Positions 36,001-45,000 of a DNA stretch of 64,000 nt are shown in pieces. The stretch comes from Diplonema japonicum (taxonomy: Eukaryota > Protista > Euglenozoa: Diplonemea). Under the pieces are notes generated by a model. That model was not told where the DNA came from and did not search any database. It saw only the letters and a program-made list of their open reading frames with translations. The stretch spans positions 124,001 through 188,000 of the forward strand of contig OZ025725.1 in assembly GCA_964019335.1 (NCBI GenBank), in the 5' to 3' direction. Both the position numbers and the translations under genes were made by a program. Position 1 is the first letter of the stretch. Each line of letters opens with the position of its first letter.

Positions 36001-38537
36001 CTGCTGGTACTCCCTCCCTAGCCTTCTCCCTGTCGAGACGCGTGACCCAGATCTACGACCTCATTGTTGAGTCTGGCCTGCTCGCCTGGTCACGCTCCGG
36101 ACTGTTCACCTCGCCATCATCCCTGGCGTCTACAGACGTCACTGCACCTTCAAACGTGCCGCCTCCTCCTCCGGTCTCTCTTGACGCCGGTCCCGCGGCC
36201 CCCGTGCTGCGCTAAGGGATCGCCCCGTGTGTGTGTGTTAAATGGAATGTTGTGTTTCCCACTTTCCTTTCCCTTCCTTCTCCTTCCTCTCACTGTTTCC
36301 CATTTCCCCTTTTATTTCACACTCACCAATGATTCGCTCAATAGGAGCAATACCTCCCTGGGGGGCTTTCCGCCGGAGGTTCCAGCCAAAGAAGGACATC
36401 CAGCTGGAAGGTAGGCCCCCGTTTTTCTCTCACTTGACTGAGGGAATAATGTAATTCAGCCCTCTTCGGCTGTCCCAAAGCAGAGCACGGGTTGGTGGGG
36501 GACCAGGGCTCCTCCTGCTTGCAGAAGCCTGGTCCTTTGCCCTCCCTATTTCCCCATGGTTTCCCTTCACCTTTTTTTTTCCCTTTTCTCAGGTGTTGCT
36601 CTCCATGGCGGCCCTGCATTGGTATTTTGAAAAAAAAAAAAAAAAAAAAGGGGGTCTCCAAGTCCGTGTGGCTCAATGGAAGAGCGCTTGACTACGAATC
36701 AAGCGGTTGCAGGTTCGAGTCCTGCCTCGGATGTTTTTTTATCAACACATTTTTTTACAGGTTCTTGACAATGATGTAGCAAAGGAAATGGAAGCCCCTA
36801 AGCACTACTGGTCAAAAATATTCGAAATACAAACGGACGGGAGAAAGGTGATGTTTGCAACGGAGACGAAAGCATCACGCGATAAGGTTTGGAGAACAAA
36901 AACAACAACAAAAAAAAGAGGGGGTGAATAACAAGAAAAGAAAGGAAGGGAAAAAAAAAAGAAAAAAAAAACAGTGGGTAGCATACATCAACGATGCAAT
37001 GTATAGCACATCGTCTGTGGTGGCCGTGACAAAAGAGAAGAAGAATGATTGGATGTCTTCTGATTGGTCGGAAGACAGATGGTCTCAATGGGAAAAAGAT
37101 GCATTAGAATTTTGGGAAGAAGACCTGCCAGACGCAGAAATAGACATAGATATGGTATGCAAACTCGAAGCACTCAAATCAAAACCCCCACAGGTAACAA
37201 TGAATTTCGTTTACGATGAAGAAGAGTGGCCGACGCTTCCCATCTGGATGAAGCGTGCCGGCGGAACAGATGAGGATGTATACCTGGCGAGTGCCGTGAA
37301 GGATGGGAGCGGGCATTTAAACTTGAACATGATGCCGATGAGCTTGAAAATTCTAGGTTTTGGGAACGAATGCAGCACGCAAACAAAGAACCAAATCAAA
37401 ATCGGTTCCCGCATCGTCAGTGTAAACAACCGCCCTGTTTCGTGGATAGGAAACTATCGGCAAGCGCTTCGCAGTGTCTCAGAGGCGGGTGTTGTCCTTG
37501 GGTTGAAACCCCCTAGGCTTGACGAGGAGCGTTTCGAGTCAAAGGAGTACGAGACAATTATCTCAATGCCGATGACACGGGGACAGCATGCCCCAGACCC
37601 GCTTGTGGAATGCATGGAGTTCACCCCACAGGAAATGCGGGAAAAACGGAAGATTGCAAAAGAAAAACGAAAGACAAAGGAACGCGAGGCACACACAGCA
37701 CAGCAGGAAAAGCGTGTTCAAAAAGCAGGGGAAGCCAAGGAGATCCACGAGAAGACCGCCGCAAAGGTGTCGTACGCAGCTCACGCCGTCCACGCAGGTG
37801 CGAAAAGCGCGATAAGAGATGCAAAGAAGAAAGCGGATCAGAAGTTTACAGGTGCGCTGTCTGGTCGGATCAATGACAGGTTCAAAGAACATTTTCCAGA
37901 GTACTGCGATGAAGGGCTGATATGCGACTATAAGTGTTTGATGAGATTCGAACCTTCGGGTGGGGAACGTGAAGTCATCCAACCACGTGACCTCGATGCC
38001 CACTTCATGCTGACAAAGTCAGCGATATTTTACTACTCCGGCGGGAGGTCATCGGAAGCGTTCCGGGGATGGATACCTTTATCCCGTGTCGTGAGTATTC
38101 AGTTTGGCGAACTAGTCACCGACGAGGACACGAACAGGACAAAGTACGCCACGATTGATTGGGTTGAAAATGATATCTCAAAATCAGACTGCCTTCAAAT
38201 ATTCACCTCTGATCACCATCGCTACGACTTCTTCAAGGTCCGCGCCATCAGCCTCGAGAAGATCAAAAAGGTCGACGGTGTGACGGCCATCGGTGGGCTC
38301 TATTCCTATCTCGATATCTGTTGGAGAGACCTCATAGAAGTGCCTTGTCCTTCCTATGAGTACACACTCCCCGGCGAAGCATTTTCCCCCCTCCTTAAAG
38401 ACCCTCCTAAACGGGAACCGAACAAGCAAGGTGTTCGTACCTGTCGAGCATACAGACGCCTTCTTGAAGACACCTGCGCTGACGTTCTCACTGCGAAGCC
38501 TATTACGCTGGAACCCATCTTGGAGTCGATTGAATAA
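27069..38537 (+). CDS. WW-WW-PH-PH-(PDZ-like)-(GRAM-like) protein; exons 27069-28508, 36761-36886, 36975-38537
   Basis: Two WW motifs and a complete PH; second PH restored in phase across intron 28509-36760 (SIVYCG|VLDND...FEIQTDGRKVMFATETKASRDK|WVAYINDA). Confidence 0.8.
28932..28974 (+). pseudogene. Duplicated 6-nt leader plus 5' half of tRNA-Arg(ACG) at the 5' junction of element E1
   Basis: 40/43 identity to 36656-36698; ends at the end of the anticodon loop. Confidence 0.85.
29019..31922 (+). CDS. E1 ORF1 (Ala/Lys/Glu repeat, central domain, Pro-rich linker, coiled coil)
   Basis: Open from ATG 29019 to TGA 31920-31922; strongly similar to E2 ORF1. Confidence 0.85.
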   Translation: MGKKKDKHKEKAKPEGNGASTQLAQSKAREERRVERMLRSAGAAGELGQLLTPEHREKMTGVVTVIDLLTPDAAAATAGPATPVASTPTGSVKRPVSPDASVATPTSSKKARRKAARAARADAAAEAAHIADATHPLEAARTAADVELAGIAADLEAARESADVVAAEIAAKMKAAQEVADAAVVKMAAETEAARVAGVEAARRAVEAEEKALRERSTARLAAEEKEAARAAAEMKAAEEKKATAAAAAAEKKKAAAAAAAEKKADAEKKAAAAAAAEKKAAAAAAAEEKAAAEKKAAAAAAAAEKKAAADAARKKAAAAAAEKETAAAAAAAEEKKKVAATAAAEKEAAAAAAKKEEALRLAAAKKADAQKVEDEAVANASANASTDQGTLLLSSDSDTSSGPEEMEDDPAPAPSTTPRWDLVPDTWDAPIYTNVSPPTETSRAVIALDDPSEMGVVCSALPTASITFVLMTEVPGVTTPSEIVMVSGSRAVNRRVHVSTFGLDPPTYTPPSTFNSGSEVVYVCVSADSLKEAKARVLELAKAQGAVVEDRAVFRPRKFGEEEPRARHWTHEVGLRLQAAHVHAVLRRSGDGCMIRTTERRGGYAYVPIVAEGRADAFRIAGTLGGLSLGVAHRKGWTVRCLPETEQRLRETLAKLRTKRKFLLTGAPPSITRAAFDEMMDHIGWKPSSVLRRTQTMFQGTRQLVFFIVVDSPPPKSRTWLLGGRLVCLRDADDHPTVKPPPLINRTTPASAPALATSSTPAPTSSHVPAPAPTPVPDPAPVSASTPSETGPAVKATGLPPTSPWASIPSSVAPPQLDTVTSPTPPRNVSGGNKEGVPSGSPEVAALTELVATLKESIVGLQRTIDSQQEMISDLRTTLRLLLPQAATLTTGTAVPRDPTPGATTTHDSVWKGKGKGKKGAPPLATTSEAAVTNLGTRGRARSFAETKDLFTNGVKGRSASMGPSN
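29740..30120 (+). repeat. Coding minisatellite (GCC)n-GAGAAGAAG encoding AAAAAEKK
   Basis: Directly visible tandem units; absent from E2 ORF1. Confidence 0.85.
31923..36215 (+). CDS. E1 ORF2: linker, 2A-like motif, APE, RT, RNase H, CCHC (first Met 32064)
   Basis: LVETNPGP; SWNCNG, IQET, GDFNAH, SDH; YRPICL, QAGFR, FDFSSAFD, GVPQGSVLGP, YADD; YTDGS, TDS, VPSHCG..GNE.AD; CPAC...H...C. Confidence 0.93.
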   Translation, partial: RGPAEQGEQQIYDHAPSPSLPRILPRRLLPLCFFTDFSALIPTLLGRMSVRDLLGLLGLVETNPGPPKKLPPPSPKGLKVVSWNCNGLVAKWTVVSRHADFLSLDIIMIQETHLREGHDTPHLPGYRSYRRDRLTPVTDGTATRGGGIVTYVRDDLASEEVPHVLPAGDCVTERLDVRISCEKREPITLSNVYLTPVSASRGTRDPEYLRPGSLPMGKNTVIAGDFNAHHSSWDATVTTPNERGNVVRDWLDTHGYTVYNDRNEPTRDSSRHVLDLVVGRCAKLEPKTLGTWGSDHSPVSFHLPLEDVYRSERPFPTWNFKKARWDDYTAAVARLLAGVDTAAPIDSVTKGFTQALLTAANDHIPLCGMRRGPTPWWTAELEDAFEERNTLRELLLQEADVVVEEYRAKVKEVNRLLDETKREAWGRMAADLSRSKDLGAAFRAVKKLDGRHRKTHLPVLEGRFVSDKAKADRLGAHFAKLYGRRGDGNSKDAAPSASRLGCQAFTVDDLTRGLRRMKTRSAAGEDGIFSEMLLHLNTDSLGVLLLLLNRSWLMGVVPGAWKKGVIVPVPKPGKDATLLASYRPICLTSCLCKLLERMIEERLTFLLDADGTGVEGLHDSQAGFRRGRSTEEQVATLTECMSRNKDDRRLSAALLFDFSSAFDLVPHGALLDKMRGKGLPEPFVEWTRSFLCGRTAAVTIGRSRGSTTKVRRGVPQGSVLGPILYTIYVDELARRLEGLADVSVLYADDVAVVISSGQGDVAGLERKAQAVVDAVEDWCRERDMLLSTSKTQAVCVPPQKRLGVYFTSSRVPLQPGAFQNPLFGLGVNADGTISGDQELAGLQVVEAGGVRIRCVRDMHAAVRRPDVDYVAARPLPLSEHARYLGVTVDSGLTFGEHAQDILRRASKRLRVLKLLSGTSWGSKRDTLRSLYVTYILPLLRYCMGVYYSRLDDVGRKDLAGLHQEAAVLITGCWSGSGGYKLLAEAGLLPLERMAEGAAATMTAKAFCWQSSPVHRETVKLKQANRLGCGWLRSGYQALRRCGLEPKVHFEYLSATPLAAPWQTGMVDFRTDLPGGVTRSSPDADRRKAAEAALAALPPGIHAYTDGSVVQVGQKAKGGSGVYLQLPPPLTPVSVCHGVNDFCSSFRAEGMAVKTALDMVATLRKTHPSLAKSPLSICTDSLSLVEQLRAGPTRQREKLDHQTWSRLVSAVRTQGTPVVLQFVPSHCGVDGNEKADALAGEGTKRKQDRPSLDYRSVRALVRRWVVRRSAELITSLAHNYAVATELRSAHFPLGFPRQAETVISRLRIGHSALFFGFLQTAGPNRKHKGVLRCPACHAAPMSREHVVGGCPVIGRGAIDTPAGTPSLAFSLSRRVTQIYDLIVESGLLAWSRSGLFTSPSSLASTDVTAPSNVPPPPPVSLDAGPAAPVLR
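36662..36733 (+). tRNA. tRNA-Arg(ACG), intronic
   Basis: Cloverleaf: GTCCGTG/CTCGGAT, D arm GCTC/GAGC, anticodon arm CTTGA-CTACGAA-TCAAG, T arm GCAGG-TTCGAGT-CCTGC. Confidence 0.93.
36734..36740 (+). terminator. Pol III oligo(T) terminator, 20 nt upstream of a host 3' splice site
   Basis: T7 directly after the tRNA; acceptor AG at 36759-36760. Confidence 0.75.
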
Positions 38538-38596
38538 TTGCGAAAAAGGGAAGCTCGGAGGGAGACATATACACAAAATATTTAATAGCTTTAGAT

Positions 38597-38633
<37 letters not shown>

Positions 38634-39015
38634 CTGTTCTGTGTTCCCTCTCTTTTCTTCTTTATTTCTTTCACTTTCGTGTTGTTTCATTTTCCCCTGC
38701 CCCGTTTCAGCGCCTTTTTTGCTGATGATATAAACATAGTCAGACTTATGGGTTCATTCTCTTTTGTCGAGGAGAAAAAAAAAGAAGGGGGAAAAAAAAG
38801 AAAAGAAAAAAAAAGAAAAAAAAAAGGTCTGACGGTGGTATGTTAGCAAAATAGACCCACATCCTACAAAATTTGTTCTAAAAAAAAGGGGGGGGGGTAA
38901 AACGACAGGAAGGACTAAAAAAAAAATCTTTCAATAAAAAAATTTTTTTTTTCTACCTTGTGTCAGAAATTCCATTTCATCCCAGAGGGGGAGGGGGTGG
39001 GGCAGAAGTGGCACG

Positions 39016-42000
39016 ATGACAAAATGGCAACGGCGGGTGGTGTCATCAGCTGCCGAGGAGGCGCCGAGAAGACTGAGGAGAGTAGAACCTCACGCATGGC
39101 AGGCAACGGTGAAAATGGCACCGAAAGAAAAACCACCCCTCGTGGGGGCGCTGGAAAAATTCACGAAACTCGGGATGCTGGCTAACAGATCAGGGATGTC
39201 AGATGCGATACGGAAAAAAGTGGTGCAACAAGAAATAGAACGGCGGAAAATTTTAGAAGAAATCAGGAGGATCTCTGCGGAGAAGGTCAAAAAGGAGCTG
39301 GAAAGAAAAAGACAAGCTGAGGAGGAACGGATCCGAAAGAAGGAAGAACGCGCGGCGCAACTAGAAGCAGACCGTGTTCGACGTGAAGAAGAACGGAAAA
39401 TCCGAGAAACGCAAGAACTCCGACGCAAAGCCGACTTCGAAGCCAACAAAGAAACACCACAAGAAATCGATCCCGAGGAGGAAAAAAGAATGCGGCAGAT
39501 CGACGCAGCCGACAGAGAAAAGAGAAACGAAGCAAGGGAAGCACACAGGCGAGCGTTAGAAGAACGGCAACGAAACAAAATGGCGGCAGCACAAGCCGAC
39601 AGAGAAGCAAGGCAGCTTCCTGAACAAACAACAGGCGACTGGAGACAGGGTGAAGAAGTTGAGTTTGACGAAGACGACGACCACGACCACACACCAGAAC
39701 CGGCAACCTTCACCATTGTATGTTGTGGGTTTCTTTTTTCTTTTTCTTACATTTTTCTTTTTCTTTTTTTGCAGGCGGAGAAAATGAAACAATTTACAAC
39801 TTCTAAAATATTGAAACCAAAAACACCGCCGAAGCTGGAAGCGAAAGCTGAAGCGGCAGTGCAAGCGGTTTCTGAAGATGGGAAAGTGTTCCAAGACGAG
39901 CTTTCAGACATTTCACTGTTGAGTCACATCGCTAACACCGCAGAAATAGAAGACTTTGACACCGACACCGACATTGCTCTTGTGGACGAGTCGATGCTCG
40001 TCCGACGAACGGAGCTGAAAAACGATGAAAAAGAGAAAACGCTCCCGGAACTGAGCCCAACATTGAGGATGAGAATGCTTGCGTCGGAGTACGACGATCT
40101 CCCAGGGGGTCCGAAGGGACCCAGCAAGACGTACAAGCAATGGTATGGCTTTTCTTTTCTGTTGTGATTCACAACACAGGAAAAACGATTTCGGGGAAAC
40201 TCCAACCGACGACATCAAGTGGGTCATTGCGTCCGAAGGGTTCGTTGGAGGAATCCAGTGCCTGAACGATTTCCACACTGCAAAGCTCAAAGTGACCGAC
40301 GAACAACGTGCCGCTCTGATTGAGAGCTCGCTCAAGAAGGTTGCGATTTCCGAGAGGAAGTTCGCATTTGAAACCATCAAGGGGGTGGAACAAACCTTCG
40401 CTGACTCACCGCCAGGTGAAGCCACTCTTGAAATGTACTTCAAGCTTGCAGGGAAAATAGGGTATTTCAAAGACAACACAAATAATAATAATACAGGCAA
40501 CCCAGTACTGTCAAGTCAGCTTGGGAAAAGTACTGCACATTCCCACCTGAAAGCCCATCTGTCTACTTCTCAGCCATCCAAGCACTCACCGTCGTTCCAA
40601 CGAAGATACATTTCCACCACCACCCGATCATCGACAACCTGGATGCGGCAGGCAAAATCTTCGATTCTTACTGTCAAGAGTTTGAGTCTTTCTTAAATTC
40701 TACGGATATTATTTCTGATGTATGTGGGTTCGGGTTTGTTTGCTTTGCTTTTTTCTTTGATTTGGTGATAACGTAATTTTTATAAAGGTCCAGTAAGTAC
40801 TTTTTTTTTTTTGACTAGAGTTCCAAATGAAAATTCTCCTCCGTTTGTCTTCTTCTTTTAATTGGGACTGTTCTCAAGACCTTGATCCTGTGATCGGCAG
40901 GGGCCTACTGGCACTCCCTCCCTGTTGAGACGCGTGCTTATTCACCTCGTCCCCTGACGTCACTGCACCATCAAACGTGCCTCCCCCTCCTCCGGTCTCG
41001 GAATGAAGTAAATTCTTAAAATCTGAGAAATCGTCTCTTATTATTAGAAGCGGCTAATGCCTCGAGGGGTGCTTTTATTATATTATGAAAAGAGCGTGGG
41101 TCCGGGCAAGAATGTGTTCTCTGGGACTGCTCAGATTTGCGCGTGACTCCTGCTCACAGCGTAACCGCTCCTATTGTTGCCCAGCCCCCTGAGATGTGTT
41201 AAATTTTGTGTGTATGAAAAGAAATAAAATGTTCTTTACTAGAGGGGGGCGGCACAAAATTCCGACAGATCCTGTTGTGATTTTGTACCGCGCACTGTGA
41301 AAAAAGATATATAGAAATAAAGATTTGAAAACTAAAAGTGTGAAAAACAACAAAAGTGTGCTGATGCACGCTCACGGTGCGTCATCCGCCCGCCTCTTCG
41401 CACGTCCCAGAGCACATTCCTTCAGTAATCGAAGATTACTTATCATTTTACTTCAGGGAGCAGCGGACCAGGACCCCTCGACCAATGGCTCAGTAACAGA
41501 GATTGCTTTTCACGAGTCACTTTCGAACACTACTCTTGGTTGGAAGTGATATCCCTTTCCCCTTACGTGGGAGATGTAAAGAGGGTGCACAAGATGCAGT
41601 CCGGTTTCAGGAAGGGGCATTCCACAGAAGAGAACGTCCTGCAAGTGACGACGAAACTGAACCGCATCAGAGACGATGAGTTCTGCGGTGGACTATTGCT
41701 CTTCGACCTGAAGGGCGCCTTCGACAGCTTCTAGGAAGAATCTGACCAGGTACGAGACGCTCTTACCGAGGAGGACTTGGTCGGAATGGAGGGCAGACCA
41801 ACGAAAAAGCTACAGTTTCTGTACTTTATTGAAAAGAAAAGAAACATGTCGACCTCCAACAAGAAGAAAAAGAGGCCCGCTCACCACAAGTCCAGGACGG
41901 AAGAAATCCTGGAGAAAGCCCGCGGTGAGCGGGTAAAGGACAACGCCGCCGCCAGGGCGAAGCGCACGCGCGAGGAGGTGGAGAGGAAGCGCGCAGAGGG

Positions 42001-45000
42001 GGTCACGCCGGTGGTGACACCCTCCCCCGGGCAAGGGAAGAAGGCGGCCAGAAGGGCCAGACAGAAGGCAGCAGCTGCTGACGCTGCCACCGCCGCCGCT
42101 TCGGGCTCCGACGACTCTGTCGTCTTAATTAGCGAGTCGCCGGGCGTTGTCACCTCGTTCACGGTCGACACGCCAGAGGTCAGGAGGGCGAGGATGAGGA
42201 CTGCTGCCGCCGACACCACTGCTCCTGCACCTGCTGCTGCCGACTCCCCTGCTCCTGCGCCTGCTCCAGCCTCTACTGCTGCCGTGTGGTCTACTGCCGT
42301 CCTTACTGCCGCTGCCTGCGACACCGCCCTCCCCATGTCGGACTCTGACACCGACGAGAAGAACACTGCCCCCGCTCCCGCACCGGCCCCGGAGCCTCAC
42401 TGGGATCTGGTCCCCGACACGTGGGACGCCCCCATCTACACCAACACTGCTCCCCCTGAGGAGGTGCCCCGCGCCGTCGTCGCTCTCGACGACCTCCAGC
42501 AGGTGGACGCGATTCGCACTGCGAGGCCCACGGCCTCCCTGACCTTCGTCCTCTTGACGGAGGTTGCCGGTTCGACCACCCCATGCACCGTCATCGTACT
42601 CGCCGGCCAGCGTGTCGTGCACAAGGCCGTGCACACCTTCTCGGTCGGGTCGAACCCCCTCCTACACCCCACTCGCTTCTTTTGATGGCGGCTCTGAGGT
42701 AGTGTACGTCAGCGTGAAAGCTGACAGCGTGAACGCGGCGAAGGCCAGGGTTCGGGACCTCGTCGCGACCCAGGGCGTGGTGGAGGAGCAGGCGATCTTC
42801 CGCCCGAAGAAGATCGACGGGAACGAGCCGCGGGCACGGCACTGGAGCCACGAGGTGGGCCTGCGGCTCCCGGCGGCATCCGTCCATGCGGTACTCCGGG
42901 CCTCGGGCGACGGCTGCATGGTCAGGACGACCGAGCGGCGCGGGGGGTACACCTACGTGCCCATCGTAGCGGAGGGGAGGGCGGAGGCCTTCCAGCTGGC
43001 GAAGGCACTGGGCGGGTTGTCCCTGGGGGTGGCCCATCGCAAGGGTTGGACCGTGAGGTGCCTGCCGGAGACGGAGCAGCGTCTGAGGGAGGCCCTCGCC
43101 AAGCAGAGGACAAAGCGTCGGTACCTGCTCACCGGAGCCCCGCTGTCTGTTACCAGGGCAGCCTTCGACGGGATGATGGACCACATCGGTTGGAAGCCGT
43201 CGTCCGACGCTCTGACACGGCGTTCCAGGGCATGAGGCAACTCGTGTTCTTCATCGTCGCCGACGCCCTGCCCCCCAAGGCCAGGACATGGCTCTTCGGC
43301 TCTCGTCTCGTTCGACTGCACGACGCGGAAGACCACCCGAGCGTCACGCTCCCGCCCCGCACCAACAAGAAGGCTCCACCCGCGGCTCGGACGCCGGTTG
43401 CGGCAACCACGGCCCAGACGCCGACGCCGGCCCCTGGCCCCACGGTGCAGTCCACAGGGCTGCCGAGCACCAATCCGTGGTCATCTCCACCGAGCTCGGT
43501 TGCCCCTCCGCCACTTGGCACTGTGACTCCGGTCTCCTCTGCGGCTTCCCCGACCACGACACCTCCCCGTGACTCCCAGAAGAAGAATCCCGCACCGGAA
43601 CCTGAGGTCCCGGCGCTCCTCGCGCTGATCCAGTCGATGCAGGCGACCATCGACGGTCTGCAGGCGACGGTCCGCGACCTCCAGGAGAAGATGGCAGCGT
43701 CACTTGGCGCGCCGGCGCCATCTGCAGACGGTGCTGGGCGGACGGCAGTTGCTGGGAAGGGCAAAGGCGGCAAGGCTGGGTCCAAGGCAGGGACGAAGGG
43801 GCACCAGGCGCAGGGCGTAAGCACGCCAGGCCCCTACCCGACATCGACGGAGCAAGGGGGCGGAAGGGGACGCGCCCAGTCGCTGGCTGGCGACTCTGCT
43901 ACCCCCAACGGGGTCGGCCGTGGAAGGGCAGCCTCTGTGGGCCCGGCCCCCGCCCCTGCCAATTGAAGGGGTCCCGCTGAGCAGGGGGGGCGGCAGATCG
44001 ACGACCACGCCCCCTCTCCTGGTCTCCCGCGCATACAGCCGAGGAGACACCTTCCACATCACTTGTACGACGTCCTCCCTTCCTTGATCCCTTCCTTACT
44101 TGAACGGATGTCGGCCAGGGACCTGCTGGGGCTGCTTGGGCTGGTTGAGACGAACCCCGGTCCACCTAAGAAGCTCCCACCCCCGAAGCCGAAGGGACTC
44201 AGGGTCCTGTCCTGGAACTGCAACGGTCTTGCCGCCAAGTGGGCAACCGTGTCCTACCACGCTGTCCTACTGACGCTGGATATCATTATGATCCAGGAGA
44301 CACACCTTAGGGAGGGGCATGAGACACCATACCTGCCTGGATACACGTCCTACAGGAGGGACCGCACAACACCGGTGACGGACGGCTCTGCGACGAGAGG
44401 CGGTGGTGTCATCACGTATGTCCGTGACTGCCTTGCCTCGGAGGAAGCTCCTTTCGTACTCCCTGAAGGTGACAGTGTCACTGAGCGATTAGACGTGAGG
44501 ATCTCCTGTGTGAAGCGCGTCCCGGTCACCCTCTCCAACGTGTACCTCACGCCTGTGAGTATAAGCAGAGGAACAAGGGACCCCGAGTACCTACGGCCGG
44601 GCAGCCTACCTGCGGGGAAGAACACGATCGTTGCTGGCGACTTCAACGCACACCACAGCTCTTGGGATGCCAAGGTGACAACGCCCAACGAAAGGGGGAA
44701 CGTGGTCAGGGACTGGCTTGACACCCACGGCTACACGGTCTACAACAACCGTGACGAGCCGACGCGGGACTCACCGCCACGCGTTCTGGACCTGGTGGTG
44801 GGACGTTGTGCGGAACTGGAGCCGAGGACGTTGGGGACGTGGGGCTCTGATCACAGCCCGGTTTCCTTCCGCTTGCCGCTTGAGGACGCCTACTGCTCGG
44901 AGCGCCCCTGCCCTACCTGGAACTTCAAAAAGGCCAGGTGGGACGACTTCTCCGCGGTCGCTGCCGCCCTTCTGACCAAGATCGACACGAAGGGTCACAT

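Larger units (their letters stand above)
28975..36649 (+). mobile_element. Non-LTR retrotransposon E1 (Ingi-like APE-RT-RNaseH-CCHC), apparently intact, upstream of tRNA-Arg
   Basis: Uninterrupted ORF1 and ORF2; 3' end GGTATTTTG plus A20 (36630-36649). Confidence 0.95.

Noticed and set aside
36448-36500. Twister-like TAA...GC...GTCCCAAAGC
   Set aside because: The required P2 partner and GAGG segment are missing, and the loop differs in E2
41797-41900. SL RNA gene, or SLACS/CRE-type insertion into one
   Set aside because: No GT donor or SL intron follows; the SL lies inside the TSD pair; the element has APE, not a restriction-like endonuclease
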